64,000 nucleotides of DNA from Diplonema japonicum (Eukaryota > Protista > Euglenozoa: Diplonemea), in assembly GCA_964019335.1 (NCBI GenBank), contig OZ025764.1, forward strand, positions 1-64,000, read 5' to 3'. The translations under genes and the position numbers were made by a program. This document shows, in pieces, positions 1 through 9,348 of the stretch. The notes beneath the pieces are model-generated. The model did no database searches and had not been told where the DNA came from. It saw only the letters and a list, made by a program, of their open reading frames with translations. Each line of letters begins with the position of its first letter. Position 1 is the stretch's first letter.

Positions 1-140
1 GATTTACTGCCTGCTGGTCCGGGTGGCTAGAGACCGTTAGACGATTCCTACAGTGAGGAAAAAAAGAGCTTTTTTTTTTTTTTTTTTTTTTCTCGAACAA
101 AAAAAAAAAGTAACATTGGGAAAAAGTGACGCTTGCTTTC

Positions 141-171
<31 letters not shown>

Positions 172-546
172 GTTGACTATAAATAGGTCCCATGATCTCA
201 ACCGTCATTTTTACGAACGTAGTTTGCAGATTTAGCATAGATCTCGCAGGGGGTGGATGGAAAAAAAAAGGATTTAATTTTTCATTTTTTTTTTTTTCAG
301 ATTGGAGGAAAGGAGTGAGAGCTTTTTTAAACTACTTCTCCGTTTCTCTCCCAATCTTCCTTTGTTTTTCTCAGGGGGGGGGGGGGGGGGGGGAAGGAGG
401 AGAGAGGACAAGAATAGAGTAAAGGTTCCAGAGAGAAAAGAAAAAAGAAAAAGAAAAAGAAGAAGAAAAAAAAAGAAACACAACCTACTCTGTCATGCCA
501 CATTTACTATTATTTTAATCATCAGACAAAGAGGGGAGGGGAGAGC

Positions 547-596
<50 letters not shown>

Positions 597-601
<5 letters not shown>

Positions 602-738
602 ACTGGGCGTTGTTCCGGTGAAACCTGGAGAAAGTTTGTAACCCCGAAAACACGTTTGCCACGTACCCTTTTTTTTGTTGTTTTGGACAAGTCAGGGTTT
701 TTCTTTTGCAAAAAAAAAAAAAAAAAAAAAAAAAAAGA
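597..738. repeat. Dispersed repeat module A, degenerate copy
   Basis: Aligns by eye to 6661-6780 (AAACCTGGAGAAGTTTGT...GACAAGTCA...TTGC-polyA) with many homopolymer-length changes. Confidence 0.75.
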
Positions 739-1030
739 AATATTGCTGGAATTTACTACCCAATGGTGGGAGTAAGGTAAAGTCATTACTTGGCGATAGG
801 TAAGTGGACAAGGGGTAGTTACAAAAATACAATACAAAGTGTCTTTCATCTTTTCCTCGCGAAGTGCTGCTTATGTGATGTTATTGGTTGTTATAGGTGG
901 TTCCTTCGGAGATAACGTTGGTCGACCGAGGTCCGGTAGTTGGCCAACTGAGGCATATTATTTACCGGAAACCCCGAGAGCGTGAAGTACTCTCAGAAGA
1001 GTGAAATTGGATGAGGATACACACTTTCTT

Positions 1031-1082
1031 TTTGTTGCCAACGTTCCCCTTTTTGTTTAGACGAGTCAAAAGACTCGTTCTT

Positions 1083-1134
<52 letters not shown>
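1031..1134. repeat. Repeat module A, truncated copy
   Basis: GTTGCCAACGTTCCCCTTTTTGTTTAGACGAGTCAAAAGACTCGTTCTTGC followed by ~50 A. Confidence 0.85.
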
Positions 1135-1137
<3 letters not shown>

Positions 1138-1141
1138 ATTT

Positions 1142-1326
1142 ATTTAGTGAAAATAAGATCGTATGATTTTCACGCGTGGTGGCAGTGGTTTAACGAGTGG
1201 GTATATGACTTCACGAGCGAAGCGAGTGCAGTCATGAATGTCTACTTCACGAGCGAAGCGAGTGAAGTAACATCAACGAGTTAAACATGCCACCACAAGT
1301 GAAAATCGGATCTATTTTCACTAAAT
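1142..1326. repeat. ~185-bp imperfect palindrome with two internal ACTTCACGAGCGAAGCGAGTG units
   Basis: Arms ATTTAGTGAAAATAAGATC..GATTTTCAC..GTGGTGGCA..TTTAAC (1142-~1195) and the reverse complement (~1278-1326); internal repeat at ~1208 and ~1244. Confidence 0.85.
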
Positions 1327-1370
1327 CCGTTGTTTTATTTAACGTCAGTCAGATTTGAAAGGGTGGGGCA

Positions 1371-1707
1371 TTACAGGTTACAAGTTACAAGTTACAAGTT
1401 ACAAGTTACAAATTTTATTGGGGGTGCTTATGGTTGATATTGATTGTCAAGGCATATCCTGTGTGGTGCGGGCTGTGCGTCCATGGGTGCTGACAGGACC
1501 TCGGTCTGGACCTGTGGGGCTGCTGCCTGGGTTGCTGAGGTTGCCCCACTAGCAGCTGTCACCGCTGCTGGCTTGCCAAGCCCACCTCTCTCCCCTTCTG
1601 TTGAGAGAGGCGACCAGATCCTTGAGTGACGTAAAAAGTGAGATTCCCAGATTCGAACCGGGGTTTCCAAAACAAGGGGCCTGTGTGGTAACCACTTAGG
1701 TGATTCC
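1371..1707 (-). mobile_element. tRNA-derived SINE-like element
   Basis: - strand: tRNA-like head with A-box-like TAAGTGG and T-arm CCCGG-TTCGAAT-CTGGG (B box at 1650-1659), ~230-bp GC-rich body, AATAAA, then a tail of ~5 CTTGTAA units. Confidence 0.65.
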
Positions 1708-1739
1708 TTTTCCGTGTTTTCGCCCCCGACCCCTTGCTG

Positions 1740-2621
1740 TGCAGTGAAAATAGGGCTAGCGTGAATATAAAGTACTTTATATTCACTCATAAAGTAATTT
1801 TCATTCTGCCCCTGTTTTCTTCCTAAAACAAGCCTGAAATCTGCAATGAAAATAAAGTGAAGCGTGAAATAATGTGAAATATTATATTCACTCCCCTTGA
1901 AAATCTGACTGGAGTTATATAAAAATAGCTATTTATTAAATGAAAATCAGATAGCCTGATTTCCCCTTTTTGACTCGTTTTTTTACTTCGCGAGCGAAGC
2001 GAGTGAAGTAAAATCACTCGTCAAAAAGGGGACCCCACAAGTGAAATCATGCTCTGATTTTATTCAATACTGCATTTTATTTAATGATGAGCTGCTCTCG
2101 AAAAGAATTTAGGTGCTAAGTGTGGCTTCACTGCTGCCTGCTTGTAGCGGCGCAATGCGCGAGTCTTTACTGAACACGGTACTGGGTTTGGTATGATCAA
2201 TTCGGCGAATTGATGTTGACGTTTATGTCAAACGTGATTCTGTGCACTGCTGAAGAAGTGGGCTGTGTCGAAGGGGGCAGGGCTGAAGGGGCGTGGGTTT
2301 GATCGAGTGGCAGGTGCAAAACCTCTCCCACTCCTTCTTGTAGGCTATTTTGCTTGCCGTTGGAAGCGTGTCTTCCATCACAGCTTTGGCCTCTTTCTCG
2401 AGGCTGATGCCCTTGGCTCGCTTCCCGGTTCGGTTTTCTTCCCATTTTGCTAGAAATGACTGTGGGCGTGAAATAAAGTACCTGATTTTCACGCCCAGCA
2501 AACCCAGCAACGTTTGGCTTAAAAACATGAGGAAAAAATCAGATACTTTATTTCACGCCCGTGAAATAAAGTGAAACCTGATTTATATCTACCTAAATTC
2601 TTTGAGAGAGCTGCTCAGAAT

Positions 2622-2630
<9 letters not shown>
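1740..2630 (-). mobile_element. Crypton-like (tyrosine-recombinase DNA transposon) remnant with palindromes
   Basis: ORF fragment EKEAKAVMEDTLPTASKIAYKKEWERFC (~2310-2400) resembles Crypton-type N-termini; perfect palindrome 1761-1786; hairpin ~1962-2032 centred on GAGCGAAGCGAGTG; inverted repeat ~2087-2114/2591-2617; second partial copy at 40545-40835. Confidence 0.5.
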
Positions 2631-2655
<25 letters not shown>

Positions 2656-3190
2656 GGTAAGTCCCCCAATGACATCAGGGGAGTGTAATAGATTTGATAG
2701 AAAGCCCAGTATGTGACAGGATCGCCTTACGACAATCAACTCATCTAGTGTCTGATCCTTTCTGTCGTAGTAGTGCCTTAGGCCCGTGGTGGCATCCGGG
2801 TTGTTGAGGATGCAATGTGTTCGCAGTTGCTCCTCTAGGATCGGCTGGGTGGCCTTCGAGAACGCGAAAAAAAAAAAACGCAGAAAAAAAGCTCTGAATA
2901 GAATCCCCCCTTTTTTTTTTCTTTTTCTTTTTTTTTCCTCTTTTTCCCGCCTCAGAAAAAAAAAGACGGGGATCTCATGCTCAAGAGGAAAAAAAAAATA
3001 AATAAATAAAAAAAGCCGTGTGTTCAAAAGGGCAAATCCCACAATGAGGAATAAAAAAAAAAAAGTTAAATACGGCTTATTTTTTTTTTTTTTTTTTTTT
3101 TGGCGGAGCTGGTTCGATTTTGGGGGGGAAAATCAACTTTCTTTTTTTTTTTTTTATATTTGGGAAGTTTTGGGGGGGGAAAAGATCTCT

Positions 3191-5617
3191 TTAAACCGAT
3201 TCCATCCTGCAGTGCACTGCCTCACTACAGAACCGCATCACAGCATTACCATCTCTTATGTTCATCATGGACCATCTTTGCGTGTCTGTAGGATGCTCAA
3301 TACTGATACTGGGGGCAGCTTTCGGGTCCAGCACCACCTCCCTCAAAGCAACTGCAACTGGGTCAACAGCCTCGTCCAGCTGGTACATCCATTCCTCCTC
3401 ACGGACAGTCATCTCTTGACCAATCTCATGCACCACGAAAGGCTTCTTCATTTCGTCCACCACAAGCAACGTAACAGCTGCTACTTCGTACTTCCCTGTC
3501 ACACCCTCTGCAACAGTCGGTGAGACAAGGGTAAGGGGCCGGCGCAGCTTGGTGCTCATCACATTGCTCACAGAAGAGATACCTCTCAGCTCCATTAACG
3601 GGGCGCCTTTCATGCCGAAACCTTTATTGGCTGAAGATCCGAGGTTTCCAGCCACAAAGCCGCCATGTGCAACAGCCATGTTGGGCATAGCGATCGCCTT
3701 CATCTTTTGAGAGCTTACTATCGATCTGCAGAAAGCGACTGCTCGTGACATGGGGTCTGTGCATCGCAGGCCGACGTTCCATGTGAGTGTGAAGACAAAC
3801 GGATCAGAGACAGCGAAGCCATGCGCGATGCCGCGTGTTGCCTGAGCAATCTCGTGCATTGTTTCAACAAGTGTTCCGAAGGCTTCAGGGAAACCCGTGC
3901 TTGTGTTGGCAGACGCGAATGCTAGCCTCACAACAGTACCTTTGTAGCTCTGCAGCTGCATTGATAAGTTCTGCCCCGCCATCGCCGTCGCTGTGTGGTG
4001 CGTTGTCTTGGACATGGAGGTGCTGTTTGATGTGTCGCTGTACTTGCTTTTGTTTTCACTGTCGTCTGACGTGTCGACGAACAGTGTGTTTGGGAGGTAC
4101 GCCTTGTACTCCCTAAGACCTTTGATCGCATGCTGCAGGCCGTCCGTCACACGCGCCACCTCCTTCACCATGACAGGCTTGTACATTGCGTTCATATGCG
4201 CTTCTGCACCATTGAGCTCCATTGTCTCCAGGAACTTGCTCCCGACAGCAAGCCTTTCAAGCGGGCGCGAGATCAGCATCACTTCGCACAGTGCAATGAC
4301 GATGTCCACCATGAATATGACGACGGAAGCGATGATGAGCTGCACGAGCGCTGCGTAGACCTTGTCGTTGACGGAGGAGACGGTGCGCATCCAGAGCAGC
4401 TCGAACCTCATGGTCGACGCGGTGAAGACGTGCGTCATGCGCAGGAAGTACTCCCCGCCTTCCAGCGCCGTGTCCACGTGGTAGTCCTTCTTGTACATCG
4501 GGTTGGTCTTGTTCACATCAGACGCCGCGAAGTGCTCCCCGTACCGGATATGGGTGCGCATGTTTGTCGATGAAAGGTCAGCAGTGAAGAAGGTCCCATT
4601 GGGTCGCACGACCGATGCATTCACAGCTTCAGACACCGTGGGCCCCAGGTCGCTGGGGTGCAGGACGCAGTCCTGTCCCTGTTGCGCACCGCTGCAGCTG
4701 AAGCACATTGTGTAGCACTCGAACTTAATAACAGGCCCCTCGTACAGGGTGTGCGCGTAGACCTGCCCTGCACCGGAGTCTAGCACCACGAGCTCAACAT
4801 TTGGTGCCTCAAACTCCCTGATGACAGGTGTCCATGTAGGGAAGATGAAGAATCTGCCCACCACAAGGTCGAAGTCACCCTGCGGCCAGCGCAGCGTGTA
4901 CCTGATGCGGTACTGTGTGGAGGCATAAGGGGTCCCGTCGATAGCGTTCCAGAAGTAAGCAGGGGACCACACCCCGGTGGTGGGGATGCCCGCCATGTTC
5001 TTCACAAAACCCTCTTGCGAGTCGTATACCTTTTCAGAATTGAGGACCTCCGGAGCGGGCACACCTGTTTCGTTGTTGAGCGCCGTGAACTGCTTAAAGA
5101 ACTCCACTTTGGTGCTGTTGACCCTCCTGCCTGAGTATTTACTGCGGACCCAGTACTTGGCAGGCTCACCGTTGTTGTCAAGGATGGGGTCAAACCAGAT
5201 GAACTGTCTGGAGTACTCTTCAGAGTCCCAGGGGCAGTTCAGACCTGAGGTGCAACTAGGGTTGTAGGCTCGTGCGAGGTAGTAGCCACCACCGTTATCG
5301 TACAGAGTAGGACGGAGGGAGGCGAAGGCATGTGCCCCAAAGATATTCTGGATGTGTGGTATGCCCAGCGAGATGTTCATGACGTCCTCCCTGTTGAAGA
5401 GCAGGTGGCCTTCCTCCGTCATTGTCTCAACGTCTGACAGCATCCCTGCCAGGCGGAGCTTCGCGCTGTGGGACGTCGCCGCACTCGTGTCGTCCACCGC
5501 CGAGCGGAGCACCGCAACGCTCTCCGCATAGAGAAGATACCCTGCAAGGAGGGAGATCGCTGTTGACACTATCGTCGAGATGAAGATGATCAGCTTCGAA
5601 GGTATGTGTAAGGGCAT
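3191..5617 (-). CDS. Receptor-type membrane protein with degenerate (pseudo) class III nucleotide cyclase domain, paralog 1 (808 aa)
   Basis: Start at MPLHIP (same start as paralog at 37466; the upstream ORF extension is homopolymer-derived); N-terminal TM, large extracellular region, second TM, HAMP-like segment, LREYKAYLP linker, cyclase-like C-terminus (TWN, AGNLGS, EWMY) lacking the catalytic aspartates. Confidence 0.85.
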   Translation of the reverse strand: MPLHIPSKLIIFISTIVSTAISLLAGYLLYAESVAVLRSAVDDTSAATSHSAKLRLAGMLSDVETMTEEGHLLFNREDVMNISLGIPHIQNIFGAHAFASLRPTLYDNGGGYYLARAYNPSCTSGLNCPWDSEEYSRQFIWFDPILDNNGEPAKYWVRSKYSGRRVNSTKVEFFKQFTALNNETGVPAPEVLNSEKVYDSQEGFVKNMAGIPTTGVWSPAYFWNAIDGTPYASTQYRIRYTLRWPQGDFDLVVGRFFIFPTWTPVIREFEAPNVELVVLDSGAGQVYAHTLYEGPVIKFECYTMCFSCSGAQQGQDCVLHPSDLGPTVSEAVNASVVRPNGTFFTADLSSTNMRTHIRYGEHFAASDVNKTNPMYKKDYHVDTALEGGEYFLRMTHVFTASTMRFELLWMRTVSSVNDKVYAALVQLIIASVVIFMVDIVIALCEVMLISRPLERLAVGSKFLETMELNGAEAHMNAMYKPVMVKEVARVTDGLQHAIKGLREYKAYLPNTLFVDTSDDSENKSKYSDTSNSTSMSKTTHHTATAMAGQNLSMQLQSYKGTVVRLAFASANTSTGFPEAFGTLVETMHEIAQATRGIAHGFAVSDPFVFTLTWNVGLRCTDPMSRAVAFCRSIVSSQKMKAIAMPNMAVAHGGFVAGNLGSSANKGFGMKGAPLMELRGISSVSNVMSTKLRRPLTLVSPTVAEGVTGKYEVAAVTLLVVDEMKKPFVVHEIGQEMTVREEEWMYQLDEAVDPVAVALREVVLDPKAAPSISIEHPTDTQRWSMMNIRDGNAVMRFCSEAVHCRMESV

Positions 5618-6660
5618 TGTTCGTTTTCTTGTTTGTTTTGTTTTACCTTTTTCTTTTTTTTTTTTTGTCATCACACGCTTCAGAATTAAAAAAAAAAAGG
5701 AAAAAAAATATAATAATAATAATGAAGAAAAAAAGAAAAGAAAAAAAAAGAGAAAGAGAGCGCGGGGGTGGGGTCGGGAGGGACAAATGAAAAAAAAAAA
5801 AAAGGTTTTTGATGGGAAAAAAAAAAGGGGGGAGCGGAGGATCCTTAGCCTAAGACTTTTCAAGAAAAAAAGAAATCGCCTTTTGCCTCGAAGTGAAGTA
5901 ATGTAATGAAGGACTAAAAGGAGGGGGGAAAAAAAGCGGGCATCAGCGGAGGCCCGGATAGCTGGCCGTGGCGCATCAAAAAACCCTTTTTTTTTCCTTG
6001 TTGTTAACAGCTGCACAGGAGGGAGGGGGCGAAAGTGAATGAATGACAAAGAAAAGGATAAGGGAAGGAGAAAAAAAAAAGGTGAATGTTTTGTTTCCCA
6101 CAAAGGATGACACCTCCCTTTAGCAAAAAAAAAAAAAAAAAAAAAAACCAAGACTAAACAGAAACTCCAATACAATATAAAATAGATAACGAATCAACAT
6201 TCTCAATGCAAGCAGAGAAGGAAATTACCAGAAATGCATAAAAAGTTAATATTGCACGCACTGCAGCAGGACCGGCCTGCCACATGGGTGACACTTTTTT
6301 CTATTCTTTTTGCCCATAAAGAACGTAAGAAAAGAAAAAAGGGAAAAAAGAGAAAGAGGAAAAAAAAAAGGGGGGGAAAGGAAGAGGGAATAAAAAAATT
6401 CGTTTTCTTTTTCTCTCTTCTTCTTTTTTTTTTCCCCGAAAGCAGTAAACGGGATTTTGAATGCAAGGGGGGGGGGGGGAGGAAAATTGGAATTAAAGTG
6501 AGAAGAAAAACAAAAAAAAGGATTTCACTTGATGGAGGAATGATAGGGGGACACCGATTGTTATCATGTCACCCCTCTTTTCTTCTTCTTTTTTTTTTTT
6601 TTTCCCTGCCCTATAGCCTCACAAGCAATGTCACAGACCAGTAAAAAAAAAAAAAAAAAA

Positions 6661-6780
6661 GAGGAACTGGCCAGTTGTTTGTACGTGCCGGGTAAAACCT
6701 GGAGAAGTTTGTCAACCTGAAACACGTTGCCAACGTTCCCCTTTTGTTTAGACAAGTCAAAGAGTCGTTCTTGCAAAAAA
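6661..6780. repeat. Repeat module A, full ~120-bp copy between A-runs
   Basis: Near-identical to 53515-53646, 53285-53410 and 15186-15308. Confidence 0.9.
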
Positions 6781-6995
6781 AAGAAATGTAAAAAAAAGAG
6801 AATTCACAAGTGGCCGAAATCGCCACATTATGGTATGCGGCCCTCCCCCTTTTCTTTTTCCCTTCTTACGTGCAAATGTAGGTCGGGGAAGGGGGGGGGG
6901 GGAATAAAGTAAAATGTGTGCCTTGTGACAACTAACAACTGTTAAACTCTGGTTATGAATCAAGAACTCACATCAGGTACAGGTCTCAGGTCTTT

Positions 6996-7028
<33 letters not shown>

Positions 7029-7845
7029 TTTTTTTTTAGTTGTTTGAAATAAAAGAAAACAAATAAAGAAAACAAAAAAAAAAAAAAAAAAAAAAAAAAA
7101 CAAGGTTCCCAGCGTAATGAGCTATTTTTTAAGGGTAGAATTCCGCTCGTGCGCACAAACAAATATCGCCAAACTAGTTTTTTTTTTAACATGAATAAGA
7201 AAAAAAAAAAAAACAATATGTATATTGATAATGAATTGTTAGTGCCAAAAAAGGAGCAGTGGTAGCATTGTTGGGCTTATCCTTCTACAGGTTAACCCTT
7301 GGCTGTGCCTAAGACAACAATCAACCGACTTTTTTTTTTTCTTTTTCTTTTTTTTTTTTTTTTTGAAGTTTAATTAATTACTACACTTCAAAAAAAAAAA
7401 AAAAAAAAAAAAAAGAACTACCTTTCGTCAATTTAGCCTTCTTTTTTCCCCGGTTTTTAAAAGTTGTTTTTTTTTTTTTTAATAGTTCATCACCGGATTT
7501 GTACTTATTTTTTTTTTGTTTCGAACTAATGTGCCGTTTATTTAAAAAAAAATACAACCCCTATTCCGAATTAACATGTCGCTCCATGGCTTCTCGACTG
7601 CCCAAAACGTACACGTAAATTGCAGCTTGGAGGCAATTCGGCTTTTCAGCCGGAACGCAAAAATGGAACCAGAAACACCTACCTACACTTTTTACGTATA
7701 TAATAAGTACAAATCCGGTATATAAAAAAAAAAAATCAACAAATTAAAAAAAAAAAACCCCTCCCACTGCCCGTGATCTTTTTTATTTTTTTTCTTTTCT
7801 TTTTTTTGGAGAGCAACTTAAGGTGTTTGGAGGGGAAAAAAAGAT

Positions 7846-7884
7846 GTTTTTGAAGGGAACCTGCAGTATGTGACAGGATCGCCT
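7846..7884. repeat. Repeat module D (~35 bp)
   Basis: GAAGGGAACCTGCAGTATGTGACAGGATCGCCT; related copies ~2705-2728, 34562-34576, 50550-50592, 52738-52779, 54320-54357. Confidence 0.8.
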
Positions 7885-8424
7885 AAAAAAAAAAAAATGC
7901 GAAGCTCGCGGGGAGGGGGAAAATAGCAACGCGTGTGATGGTCAGGGAAAGAAATGACAACGAAACACTGCGCAGCGGGAAAACACATTCCCTCACACCA
8001 TTGCGTGTCTGCCGCCCTCATGGCAAAAACAAGTATCGCAATTGAAAGAACGGCAGAAGAAGTACACATCAAAACAAACAAAAAAAACTTTTCGAAAAAG
8101 TATTGAAGTCTTTTTCTTTTTTTTTTTTTCCGGAACTCATATTTTTCTTTCCAACACCCCCAAAGAAAAAAAAAAGAAAAAAGAAATGTGATAATAAAAT
8201 ATCTCATTTTCTTTTTTTCTTTTTTTCTCTAGGTTGCGTTCGTCTTTGTTTTCTTTACTATTATCGCATTTCAGAGAGGGGGGGGTGCATTTTCCTTATA
8301 ATTCACAAAAAGATTTAAATATTTTTTTTTTTCGTTCTTTTTTTTTGTGAGTAGTTCGGGAAACATACCCTCCCCCCCCCCCCCCCCCCCCCCCCCCTCC
8401 AAGAAATGGGCTTTTAAGAGACAT

Positions 8425-8552
8425 AAGAGGCCAGTCTTGATGGGGCCGAGCTGTAGCTTGTGTTGTGTGTTTGTGCAGTTTGCTGCCTGTTCGTCACCGG
8501 TGATGACCTACGAGGAGGTCAACAGCGAACAACACATCTTGATGTACTTCTT
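8425..8552 (-). repeat. Repeat module B, internally deleted copy downstream of the SL relic
   Basis: Shares GTGCAGTTTGCTGCCTGTTCGTCACC and GAGGAGGTCAACAGCGAACAACACATCT with 34228-34520 and 52965-53215. Confidence 0.85.
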
Positions 8553-8577
8553 TGTATCTCCAAGGGTCAGATTGGAC

Positions 8578-8614
8578 CAATAAAGTACAGAAACTGTAGC
8601 TTTAGAATCGCTGG
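8578..8614 (-). other. Spliced-leader (mini-exon) relic, diplonemid type
   Basis: - strand reads CCAGCGATTCTAAAGCTACAGTTTCTGTACTTTATTG. The 3' CAGTTTCTGTACTTTATTG is the conserved kinetoplastid/diplonemid SL core, and the whole matches the Diplonema SL as I recall it (AACCAACGATTTAAAAGCTACAGTTTCTGTACTTTATTG) at 34/37 positions. Confidence 0.9.
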
Positions 8615-9146
8615 AAAGAAGAAAGAAGAAAAAAAAAAGTTTTTTTTTTTTTTTTTTTTTTTTCCTTCTTCTATTTTTTTTTTTTTCTCGGCACATGCGG
8701 GAGAAGAAAAAAAGAAAAAAAAAAAATAAAAATAAAAATATCAGGGGAGAACGAGAAAGAGAAGATTTGAAGGATTAGAGAGAAGAATTGAGAACAGGGG
8801 GGGGGGGGATGATGATCTTAAAACGCATGTTTCCCGTCCCTTCCGAGCACTTTGCCGAGTTTACCCAGAGTGACCATAAAAAACCTTACAGGGCTGCTTT
8901 TCTTTTTTTTCTTCCAAGACCAGCCACAACTAAACACCAGTTAAACCACATGTATGGTCTCAAATAAACTCTCGTTCGATGCCTTATCCGGGAGGGGCGC
9001 TGGTTGTAGGAAAATGGAAACGTTTCCGTTTCCCTAATTTTCAAAAAAAAGCTGGGGGGGGGGGGGGGGGGGTAGTTCTCTCTTTTTATCTGCTTGCACA
9101 CTGAGGAGAAAGGGAAAGGCAAAAAGAAAAAAAAGAAAAAAAAAAA

Positions 9147-9348
9147 CTGTAAAACGAAAAACTCCCGGACGGAAAAATGTCCGGGTTTTTTTGTGGCGTC
9201 CGGGAGTTTTTTTGTCGGTCAGGGGGGGCCTTGTGCTGCCTTCCAGGCAAACGTGTGGAAAAAAAAAAAACCAGGAGCTGCTACCCCCCTCCCCCCAGAA
9301 TTTTTTGGTGTCCGGGATTTCTTCCAACCGTCATTATTCGTTTTACAG
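9147..9348. mobile_element. MITE-like element, 12-bp TIR CTGTAAAACGAA, TA at right flank
   Basis: 9147-9158 is the reverse complement of 9337-9348; internal inverted TCCCGGAC/GTCCGGGA motifs. Confidence 0.6.

Noticed and set aside
868-955. C/D-box snoRNA-like pattern (GTGATGT..CTGA with a 4-bp terminal stem)
   Set aside because: Imperfect C box, antisense to the cluster, and no rRNA-complementary guide I could recognise.
1640-1707. Functional tRNA gene
   Set aside because: Only the T-arm is convincing; acceptor and anticodon stems do not form. Treated as a SINE head.
8500-8614. Intact SL RNA gene
   Set aside because: Single copy, first two SL bases missing, followed by GTCCAA rather than a GTATG-like donor, then repeat sequence; not fully excluded without the species' SL gene.
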